Below, one piece after another: positions 1 through 10,739 of a stretch of DNA of 64,000 nt. The notes beneath the pieces were generated by a model that saw nothing but the letters and a program-made list of their open reading frames with translations, was not told the DNA's origin and did no database searches. Origin of the DNA: Camelus ferus (Eukaryota); assembly GCF_009834535.1 (NCBI RefSeq), contig NC_045696.1, positions 67,954,001 to 68,018,000 of the forward strand. Reading direction: 5' to 3'. Position numbers and translations under genes: made by a program. Within the stretch, counting starts at the first letter, position 1, and every line of letters starts with the position of its first letter.

Positions 1-1048
1 CTATTTGCCAAGTATGCGTAAAGAAATAACAACAGTTTTAACTTACATATTACAGGGGCTTAAAATCAACCTGTTACTGAAGCATCCAGCTCCATGGAAA
101 CAGAAAAGCGTAAGTATCCAGGAGCACTTGTTTCTCATCTCAAGAACAAAGAATCTGTCTTTGACCAGAAACCAGGAATGAAATCAGGGATGAAATAATG
201 ACCCAGCCACTGCATAGGTTCCCAAATGTTCTGTGGTCAAATGAGCCAGCAGTTCACACTCAGCATCATTCTCAGCACTGTGGTGACAGGACAAAGGACA
301 AGAGGCAAACGAGGATTCCAACCAAGTTCCTAACTAGACAAAAGAGACCTTTATTCTTCCTTTGTTTGAGCAAAAAGTCATGTTCATTTGGTCTCTTTAC
401 TCCACTTCATTTGAAACCCAAAAGGAATGAGGTTGGGGAAAAATCAGGATGCTTATCAATCTGAGGTTAGACGAAAAGAAAAAAGATGCCCTGATACCAC
501 TAAAAATAGATTACAAGTAGGAGAGAGGAGGTCCTTGATAAGTTTCTCTAAATAAAAAACATAATCTGGAGGAATACACACGTGTACACTTCCCTATAAT
601 TTTTAAATATATAAAGGAATTAATCATTAAATTAGTTATATTGATGAGGCCCAAATTTCATTTTTAAAGAAAAAAAAGATGCCTTTATTTCACTTTATTT
701 CATCAACTCTAAGTATAACCACCTCTGATGTCAGTATTTTACTAGCCCGGTAAGTCTTTAACTGGTGATTTAATAGAATGATGTAAGTTATGCTTCCAGA
801 ATAATGTATAGAAACGATCATGCCCCCTTAACAGCACTTGGATCTTCAATCAGGAAATTCAATTTTAGCTGCAAAACTATGTTTTGGCAAAAGTGCAATT
901 GAACTCAGTGTACTTGTCACATTTCTAAATATACTCCAGTCACCATGACAACAAGGGAGACTGATGGATCGCTTAAAAGAGTACGGTATATTTAATTGTC
1001 AGCATTTTAAACTGACTCAGAAAAATGCTGTGTGATAGGTCTACTCAC

Positions 1049-1124
1049 CATGGTTACTGCCGACTGAGTCCATAATAATAAAAGGTTCGCATACGCACAT
1101 CGACAACTTGCACACAAAGAACAT
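1049..1124 (-). CDS. Candidate alternative first coding exon (MFFVCKLSMCVCEPFIIMDSVGSNH + 1 nt, phase 1) of an unidentified minus-strand host gene
   Basis: Minus strand has ATG at 1124 with an in-frame upstream TAG, 25 open codons, then consensus donor CATG|GTGAGT (intron begins 1048). Several CpGs are retained and the flanks are repeat-free. Further in-frame ATGs lie at 1100 and 1073. Confidence 0.4.
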
Positions 1125-1479
1125 ACAAGTCAGAAGGCCCTATATTTCCACCCAGGCCAAGCGCCAAACTTAAAGCTTTAGAAAGGACTTGTTTTCATTA
1201 AGGTGCCACGCAAGAACCTCCCTCCCAGATTTTCAGGATCTGCAGATGCACTCAAGGCCACTAGAACAAATCCTAAATCAGATTCCAATGCCTGCTCCGT
1301 CTCATAGACCAAAGATAGAGATCAACTTAAGGTTATTTTCTCCTAGAACATGTCTGGAATAGAGGATGAGAGAGGGTCTGTTCTTTTCTTGCATGTAGAT
1401 TTGTTTCCAAATGATAATCTTCTGGGACCCATTCATTCCCTAAATAACCATTTCCTAAGAGTCTCTCCTAAGTCAGGCA

Positions 1480-2720
1480 GTCTTCCACAGGCTGGGAATA
1501 CAGTGGCAACAGACAAGGCTCCCACATTTAGGGAGCTGACATCCTAAGACAAAAGGAAGACAGACACCAACATATAATCCTTTAAGAGAATGAAATAATC
1601 CAACTGATCCATTAGAGCGGACTATTAGCAGTGCCTGGCAGACAGTAAGCACTCAGCAAACCTTCACCATTGTGATTATAACTAAGGTGTCTCTCACCAG
1701 AAGAGTTTGCAGTGTACATAAAGAAAACAAGGCATCCTAACCCTGCTGTCGGAGAACCATAATGTAGAAAATAAAACAAGATAATGGAAGAAGCAATGGT
1801 GGGGGCGGGTACTACCTTAGCTATAGGTGAAGGAAGACCTCTCCAAAGGGATGACATTTGTACTAAGCCTTGAATGATGACACCACATCAGCATCAGAGG
1901 AAGGTCAGGTGGGAAGAAACTTGGCTTATACACTAGGAAGGTCAGTGTGTCTATAGTTTACTGAGTAAAGTGGTTACATGGTGGAGATAAAGGAAAAGAC
2001 AGAGCCCACTTCACAGGGCCTTGCAGGCCACATAAAGGTCTTTCAAATGTTTCTAGATACCATGGAAGCCACTATATGGCAGTGGGTGTGATATGAAGAT
2101 CTTTAGATCTTTCCACATGGTGTGGAGAAAGGTCATGAGGGGAAATCACAGAAGTACCAAGACCACTGCAGAGACTCCATTGTGACAGTCAAGGTTATAA
2201 ATGGTGACTCGGATTGGGTCACTATTCTACTCCAGTGCTTTTCCATGGTCCATGCTTATCCTCTCAACCATCTCTTGCAAAGAGGGAGTGAGAACAATCA
2301 GATCAGGAAATATCCTGTAGGCAGAACAAATACACACTGGCCAAGCATGTACTCAGAGCAAAGGTGGTAGCAAATGGAGTTGGACAATGGCCCTACAGCA
2401 GGGTAGGGAACATGCCATATGATTCAGCACATTTGGTGGGGCTGGAGATGCTGCAGATCTAGCAAATTGTGAGGCTTGATGGCAATGCTGCTGTTCAGGG
2501 AACCACATTTTGAGAACCAGGGATCTGGGCGGTTCTGGAGGCAGGAAAACCAGTCAAGCAGGAGGCCATGACAGGCTGTCTAAGGGCGATAATAGGTGGA
2601 TTAGAGAAAAGGGAAAAAAATCCCAGAGATGTAGCCAAAAAGTTAACATCTAAGACTTGAGGCCAAATTATCCTTGAGTGCAAATAAAAAAGAAGATGGT
2701 GGAATGGATTCCAAGCTTAC
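1480..2720 (-). mobile_element. Fragmented L2 LINE relic, interrupted by other repeats
   Basis: L2-like 3' motif ggctgggaatacagtggcaacagacaaggctccc...ggagctgacatcctaag, followed by typical antisense L2 segments (agggccttgcaggccac, ccatggaagccact, ggaaaaccagtcaagcaggaggcc). Confidence 0.6.
2430..2525. mobile_element. MER5-like hAT-Charlie fragment nested in L2
   Basis: ggtggggctggaga...atgctgctgttcagggaaccacattttgagaaccag resembles the MER5A terminus. Confidence 0.55.
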
Positions 2721-4049
2721 TTTAATGACTTTGTTCACTCTATAGATTGTTTCTATCTTTCTAGTACAAAGCACTTCCACCACTAATATCTCCTGTGGCC
2801 ACAAACTATCCCTATATAAGATAGGGCCAAGGAAAATGATTGTGCTGACAGATAATAAAAATAACAGTAACAACCACAACACCAATCATTTATTGAGAAC
2901 TCATTCTGTGCCAGGCACAATACAGCATGTGCTCTCTACAGGACGGACAGCAACCCTATTCCTACTTCACCGAAGACCAATCTGAAACTCAGAAGACATT
3001 ATGGAGCTCTCCCAGAATCTCTGCTTCAGCTAGATTCCAACACAGCAACAGACCCTAAATCACGACCTTCACCTTCATTCTGCCTATGAAGTTGAATCTA
3101 AAGGAGAATTAGATGTCCCCTCGGAGCATTCATCCCCAAAGTCAGGGTTTCCTTCTAGTCTGACTAAGCTTCAAGACTGCAAGTGGCAAAGCTTGACTCA
3201 CAGACTCTGGAAGCACAGGAGCAAAGCGCCCACGGCCAGTGTGGCCACTGTGGGGCAGGACTGTGATTCATTTCATACCCTCGTGAAACAAACATGGCTT
3301 GAATGTTTCTGTGATCACGCTTACATTCACATCTCTATACACCTACTCCAATGCTTTTCCATGGCCCCAGGCTTACCCTCTCAACTTTATCCTGCTTTTG
3401 CTTTGCAACTTCTTCTGCCCAGAGAGTAACAGGCTCTCTACACAAGATGTTTGGCGTGAGGATGTGAGAAAGAGGCCCTCATTTGTGAAGATGCATGGTG
3501 AACGGTAGTAGATATTGACAAGGTATCAGCAGATAAGAAAGATGAGCTTAGACATTTCCCAGCCCAGGAAGTGGGTAAGAAATGAACCACAAGATCTTCC
3601 TTCTAGTCACCCACACTGTGCTTTCCCAGGATGATTCACAGGTATGGCTCCACAGACCTGACAAGGGGGACCATCTTCAGGAAGATGAAAGGATGTTTTT
3701 ATGCCTGCTCTCTTTTTTTTTATTTGTTCCTTCTTGAGTAATAACTATTAATTGTGCAATGCGGGCAGTACAGAGATGAGTCTACCGGGAAGCCAGCACA
3801 AATCCATCAAGTGCTTTTAGTCCGAGCTTTTTAGAAGCAATTGCTTACCACAATTTTCCCTGCTCTTTTTCTCACAGTGAGAATTAAAGTGGATTTTACC
3901 ACACGATCACCCGATGCCCTCCTCCCCCACCTCCAAATGAAGACAGAAGATGGCCACTGGTCTATCACCAACAACATCACAATTCATTTAGTGTTCATAA
4001 CGCCTAAGGACTAGTCCCTAGAATAGTTACCCCACCTTCATTAACAGCT

Positions 4050-4195
4050 GACAATCCTGTGAAGCAGGGACCCATGAAGAGATTCATGCTCAGAGATGAT
4101 ACGCTACTTGTCCCAAGTCTGACGACTAGAAAACAGCAAAGCTAGGAAGTAAACACAGCTCTTCTGACTCCAAAGCCAATGCTCTTTCCACTCAT
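4050..4195 (-). mobile_element. MIR SINE
   Basis: acaatcctgtgaagcagg...gctcagagat...acttgtcccaagtc...ctgactccaaagccaatgctctttccact is antisense MIR. Confidence 0.7.
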
Positions 4196-5477
4196 CACAG
4201 ACGCCCTGTACACAAGAGATTCCAAGAGAATCCATGACTTTCCATTGTGTTCAGCAGAAGAATCAAAGCTTCAAATATTTCTTAGAAATAAGGCTGTGTA
4301 TACTAAAAAAAACTTCTTCCAAGAGGACTTTATTAGGAATAGTGAGCAACAAAGCCATCATAGATGCCAAAAGTCTTGCCTCTGGCCAAGACAACATGCC
4401 CTTCACTATGTCTGGACTCAGGGATGAAGCAGAGGCTACACCATGCTTGATGTAAAAATCAAAAATTGCAGAGGATCCTGAATGTTCCAGCACAGGGCTC
4501 AGGCCAAATAACAACATCACACGCAGCCTGCTCTCTCACCCAGCCCCAGGGCTGGTACTGAAGAAGGAAGACTCAAGGGAATGAATGGAATGGCAGAGTA
4601 GGGGACAGTAAGTCATGCGTTCACAGAGGCTCTGGCTCAGTTCGAAGTAGAATAAAATTAAAAAACCAAATGAAAAGTTAATATAGTCCAAGCTTAAACC
4701 CATCTTTCATTATTATTCCCAGATCCTCCACAGAACAGGCAGATGATGAAAAGGATCAAACAGGAGGAGAAATAAGGATAATCCAGTCTTCAGGCCTTTA
4801 GACATAATATCTGAACAAGGTGAGGATTAATTTGTGCAAGCAGCATCTTTTTCTGTCTCCCCTTACCCAGAGGGGTGGTGAGGTTAAGCATTTTGAAAAG
4901 ATTCTTTATCATAAGCAGAGCTGACAGGGACACCTGATGAGAATGGTAATTAAATCAAGAAGTAAATAAACACTTGGATCAATGTTCTTTAGTTTAGGTG
5001 GCTGACTTAAGAAAAAGGGTTGCCTTGTAAAGGTGGATATTTCTCTCTTCCAACCATAAATATAGGGTAGCTTCATAGGGTTTTCACTTCTTTAAAAGTT
5101 ATTTTGCTTCCCAACAAATGCCAGTTAACCACCTTCTGTGTGTTAGTTAGTGTGTGGTTTGAGGGGAAAGGATGGTAGAAAGAGAAAGGACACAATCCCT
5201 ATTTTCAAAGAGCTCAAAGTCTGGTACCTAAGGCCAAGCACAAAATGTTGTGATTTTTTTTAAGTCAGCAAGTTATGTTCTCAATTATGAAAATACCAAA
5301 TGTCAGATTCTTCTCCAGTCCAAGCAATAATGTAAAGTGAGCCAATTCTTCTGAATCAGACTTTTTTAATGAAAATTATGACTGCTGAAGCTTTTCCCTT
5401 TAATGCCAACATTATTAGAACTCAGAGGAGAACACAAGGTCAATTCACTCTGCTCCACACTCTTCCCAGGTTCTAAC

Positions 5478-5668
5478 CACTGTCCAATGGACATACAATG
5501 TGAGCCACATAGGCAATTTTAAATTTTCTAGTCACCACATTTTAAAAGAATAATAGAAAGAAATTTATTTTACAGATAGATACAAAATTTTATCCTTTCA
5601 GCATGTGGCATTAGCCACATTTCAAGTGTTCAGTGGCCACATGGCTAGTGGCTACCATATTGGCCAGC
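5478..5668. mobile_element. MER3-like hAT-Charlie MITE
   Basis: cactgtccaat...tgtgagccacataggcaattttaaattttctagtcaccacattt...tagccacatttcaagtgttcagtggccacatggctagtggctaccatattggccagc; internally palindromic ends. Confidence 0.75.
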
Positions 5669-6729
5669 CCATCTCCAACCTCTCCTCAACCTTTACCTCC
5701 TAGGAATTGAAAAGAGTGAAACAGTGTGTTGGAGAAAGGAGACAAGTTCTACAATAGTTATCAAGGTACTTAGACTCTCACAGGCAGATCTAACCAAACC
5801 AATATTGCAAAATATTTCTCTCAACTCTATACCTCAAGACCAAGAGATTGCTGAACATTGTGATGGCAAATGTCAGAGAGAGAAAATGCTCCATCTCATA
5901 TGTGAGGATGAGGAAAACCAAACAGGACCAAGGGTTCCTACCAGCAAAACAGCAACTTAGCCACTCTACCCATTGGGATAGGGGTATCATCACATAGAGG
6001 AACTGAGAGTCTACCCTCCAATTTTTTGTGGCTTGAATCAAGATTTGTTTTCTGGTTCTTCAATCAGTACTTTTCTTCCCAACCCCACTGTGCATCCTCT
6101 GAGAATAAAACAGGGTAGGCGAAAATTCAGGAAATGGGTAATGCATCCATGTATGAAGCTACTAAGAAAAAAGAAACTCTTCCCCTTTTCATACTTTCTG
6201 GTTTTGGTCCATGGATATGGAAGATTCTGTTCCCTTATCAAATGATAAAGCGATCTCCATCACTTCTTCCTCCAGGATGGGAAGGGGGACAATAATGGCT
6301 AGCATCCATTAAGCCATACTAATTAAGGTGAAGGGGCATCTTCAGAAGTCTGGCAGAGCCTGTCTCTCACTCTTTTTTGCTTTCCCTAGTGTTCTCCTTT
6401 CTGGTGAAGATTTGGTTTCTGAGGTAGGCCCCAATCCTCATGCTGTTCACCAGGTAAGAATACACAAAGCTGGCACTGTGGTTCAACTCTCCCCACCAGG
6501 CAAGCCCCAGGGTTAGGACTAGAGGCAGTCGTAGCAAGCCCCAACAAGGGCCTCGGGGGCCGAACAATATTTTCTAATTGAGTTTTGGGAGACACTTGCT
6601 TTGGGAGTCTTGGCCTTCCATTAGAATGAAGCTGGTAGTTTGAAGACTAGTCAGTGATGGCCACCACTAATATGCCAAGGAATCAGAGTGTTAACAGCCC
6701 AGACAAACAGTCTTTAGTTAAAACATGGT

Positions 6730-7220
6730 AAGAGAAAACTGATCCGCAGCAGTGTTGGCATCCCAGGAATGGGTCATGTTAATATCAGGTACTCCCTGAT
6801 ACAAAGCCATGAGAGGGGCTTCACCTCGATGGAGGTCTTCCCCAAATCCACAACCCCATCTAACTATGAGAAAACATCAGGTAAATTCATGGAGAGACAG
6901 TCTACAAAATAACTGCCCAATACACTTTAAAAGTGCCAAGGTCTTGAAAAACTAGGAAGGATTGAGAAACAGTTACAGACAGGAGACTAAGAAGAGATGA
7001 TGACCAAATGCAGAGGAGTACCCAAATTGAATTGTGGAGCAGACATAAAGCAGTAGTGGAAAAGTGGGGAAATTCAAGGAACTTCTGTAGGTTAATTAAT
7101 CATGTGGACCAATTCTACCTTCTTAGCTGTGATAAATGTACTCCAGTCACGTGAGATACTGACATTAGCAGAAGCCGGGTGGGTGAAGTGCATAAAGGAA
7201 CTCTCTCCACTATTTTTCTG
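6730..7220 (+). mobile_element. Old L1 (L1MC/L1MD-like) 3' UTR fragment
   Basis: ctatgagaaaacatcagg...gtctacaaaataactgccc...aaggattgagaaac...tgataaatgtactccagtcacgtgagatactgacattag...aaggaactctct. Confidence 0.7.
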
Positions 7221-7468
7221 AGTTGCCAACAGCAACAAGTAAACATTACTGGGGATGAACACCCTCAGGCTGCTTCCAGCCCAACCAAACCTCGATCAGG
7301 AAAAGAGCTGACAACACTGAACTACAAGAAAAGACATTACATAAAGTGACCTTTTGCATTTTGGTGTTCTTATAATAAATTAAAAAAACATTTCCAATGC
7401 ATTTTATTAGTTAAAAGGTTCACTGGAAGCTAGAAATCAGCTGAATTAAAAAGACTTCTTTAAAATTA

Positions 7469-7511
<43 letters not shown>

Positions 7512-7512
7512 A
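7469..7512. repeat. (TAAA)n microsatellite
   Basis: About 11 perfect TAAA units. Confidence 0.95.
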
Positions 7513-7975
7513 GGAATAGAATGTGAAAGGCCAACTTTGCCAAAAAAAGAAAAAAACTAGAAATTGAAAAATTCACAGTTTTGCTAATTGTTGAAATTTT
7601 TTTGTTTTATATTTGGACTGGCATTATACAGAGAATCATCTTCCTAAATCACGTTTGAAAGTTTCAAAGATTGTATTGGCTCTGTTTTTACTGCAAAAGA
7701 GTCTGTCTCTATCTGTGCTAAGAAGAAAAAAAGCTTAGCCAACACAGTCACAGGGTTTTCAGATATTCCGTGTGTCCAGACTTTTTTGTCCCCATCCCAA
7801 GTGTCTGTGAAAATATGTAACCTAGCCTGGGAAAAATCTTTTTCAAGGAAACAGGATACTTTTTTTTTTTAATTTTTCTTTCAAAAGTCAGTTTTGTTTT
7901 CAGCTCAGTTGACTTGATTCACCAAACCAACAAAAATCAAAAGAATAAGAGAAACTAAATTCTACCATCTTCCGA

Positions 7976-8127
7976 GATAGGTAAGTAAGTACGTAGGTAG
8001 GTAGGTAGGTGGGTGTGTGGGTGGCTGGTTGGATGGATAAATGGATGCATAGATGGGTGAGTGGATGGATGGATGGATGGACAGATAAACAATAATAAAA
8101 GCTAAAATTATTTGATAGGAATATAGG

Positions 8128-8159
<32 letters not shown>

Positions 8160-8170
8160 CAGACAGATAA
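7976..8170. repeat. Compound tetranucleotide repeat (TAGG/TGGA/TAGA)
   Basis: Runs of taggtagg, tggatgga and tagataga are directly visible. Confidence 0.9.
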
Positions 8171-9169
8171 CAAGAATAAAAGCTAAGATTATCTGAGCCC
8201 AGTATATAAGCTGAAGTCCCCTAGTAAAGGAAAAGGACTTTCAGAAACATTTGACTCCTTCCCAAAGCTTCAGCATTATCACAAAAATATCAACATATTC
8301 ACTGAGAAATTTTTTTAGCCCTTGTTTTAGAAAAGTGTTTTCCCTTCAAAAAAGGTAGTGAATGTTATAGAAAGCAAGTCATGGAGCCAACACTTTCTGG
8401 GTGTGGAAACAGTGACGCCAAAAGAGAAACAGAATTACCCAAATCAGCTCTTTCCTGTCAGAACCCCTCCTAAGCATTCCCTCAGATATTCACACCTTGA
8501 ATTAAAATGCAAGGCCCAAAACAGTTTCTTTTTCAAAGGCAAGTATTGTGAACAAAAGTGCCGCGCTAGCAGGAGGGTACAGAGACAAGCAGAGACGACA
8601 AGGCCATCACCAGACCCCATGTCCTGGAATCGCTTCTACGCTCCGTGGGGGGCACGAGGAGGGCTTTCTTGGAGACGGTCTTCTCTGAGGATGCTGTCTT
8701 CCCTGCAGCCTCTCTATGTGTGTCTGCCAGTCCCTCCACACTCCAGACACACAGGGTCCAAAGCCACTGCAGGCATTTTTTCTAGTGGCCTTTTGTCGCC
8801 TCTAGATCATTCCTCTGCCATCACACACCCTAACTCTAGCCTCCTATAATTTCATATCTAAGTTTTATTTTTACTTCTCCATTGAGACTTCTAGTTCCTG
8901 AAATCCTCTCTTTTCCCCCTGTGCACCTCTCCTTCATGCCAGTAATTTTTCCTGGTTCAAGGCAGAGCCCGTATACTACAACATTCCAGGCATTATTCAG
9001 GTCCTTTATCTGACCTAATCTTCACCAGTGTTGGATTCATACAACAATATGCCTCCCCAGCTTTCACACCTGTATCATTTGACTGTACTATACTACACAT
9101 AAACTTAACAGACTGAATGATCAACTACGCAATAATAACTTCAGTAACAACCCTCTTGATTGACAGTGC

Positions 9170-9390
9170 AGCGCTAATAAAGCATTTCCTTACGTAGCAA
9201 CGTCATCTGACTCCCACCATCCTAGTAAACAGGCACAAGAGAATTTAATAGAGGGAAATTCAACAAAGGGGAAGCAAAGTTGCAGAGATGGGAAGTAACC
9301 TCTACCAAGGGCTCAAAAGAAATTCCTGGCACTGCTGAAACTGGAATCCAAATCTTCTCATATGTGGCCCAGGGTGCTTTCCATTACCCC
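9170..9390 (-). mobile_element. MIR SINE (degraded)
   Basis: caacaaaggggaagcaaagttgcagagatgggaagtaacc...ctggaatccaaatcttctca...gtgctttccatta. Confidence 0.55.
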
Positions 9391-10739
9391 CACATCCAAG
9401 GTTCTAGGGTCCCCTGCACAGCAGATGACACACCAGGAATGTCAAGGTCAAATCTTTAACCTACATCAGAATTGGACCAGAATTTTTTGTTGACTTAGAA
9501 AGGGGGAAAAAATTTCAAAAAAAAACAAAAAAAGAGAGAGAGAGAAAGAGAGAAAAGAGAAAAGAAAAAAAAGTTCTCCAACTGATTCTGGTAGCGACGA
9601 TTAGCAGAAATATCTTGCAAAGAACGTGGGTGTCCTGGAAGACTCATCGTCGTCGTCATTATAATTTCTAATCATGCTGTGTGGGCAGGTGTCCGTGCGG
9701 CAGAAACACCACTGGCACCCAGATTAGCAGTTTCATCAGGAGACTAGAAACTAAGTCTGCAATTCTTAGACCTCAGAGTCTGAATCACAGCTTTCCCCTC
9801 CAGGATCAGCAAATAAGCGGTCTATGACTTAGCAAGGATTGTTGGGCCTGCCAAACTGGGGGGGGGTGGGGTGGGGGGGTGTCATCAAATATCAGGTCCA
9901 TCATAATGCACACACAGGAGCAAGGTACAGGAGGCTTCCAGGCAGCCTAGAAATACCACTAAATGCAGAGACAGAAGGCTGGAGTTGTAGTCCCACGTTA
10001 TGCCTCTAATTCACTGAGTAACTTTGAATGAATCATTTGCCTTCTTTGCATTTTTGTTTTCATTCTCATCTGAAAATTGAGAGTTTTTGAACTTAAACTA
10101 TTGGTTTTTGAATGAGACATGGGAGGAGGTCAGGAGGGAAGGCAGCCAGCAGTAGGGTTTTGGGCTTCCCCTGGCTCTATGCCCTCCCCACTGCTACAGC
10201 AGGTCTGTTTTTATCATTTCACATCCTGGATTTGAGCCTGTCTCCAAGATTTAGCTTGAACAAAAGGCCCAAGTCCACAAAAATCATGGACATGACCTCT
10301 GCTAACTCATCAGCTCTAACATTCTGATTCTACTCAACTGTATTTTCTCTGGGCTGGTCTTTACAAAAATCTTTGTGAAATAAACTCGGGTTTATTTGAT
10401 TTGGGGGAAACTGTATTGGTTGACTTTAAAAATAACTCTGTGAATAACATACTCTGAAAATGTAACTCTGAAATGAAGCATTTCTAATATTTTCTTATGC
10501 CTCCACATTAGTAGATTCCGAGAGAGACTGTCCAGAGATGGCAGGGATGAGCAGGAGCGACAGGAGGGAACTGGCCACAAATCCCACAATTATTTCACAG
10601 GGATTTATTCATTTGTACAAAAATATTTCTGAAGCATTTGCTAGGTGACATGCACTATGAGAGGCTCAAAGCAAGTCAACAAGGTTCCTGTCCTCACGAG
10701 GCTTACATTATAACTGGATCTGGCATTTAAAAAAACTGT

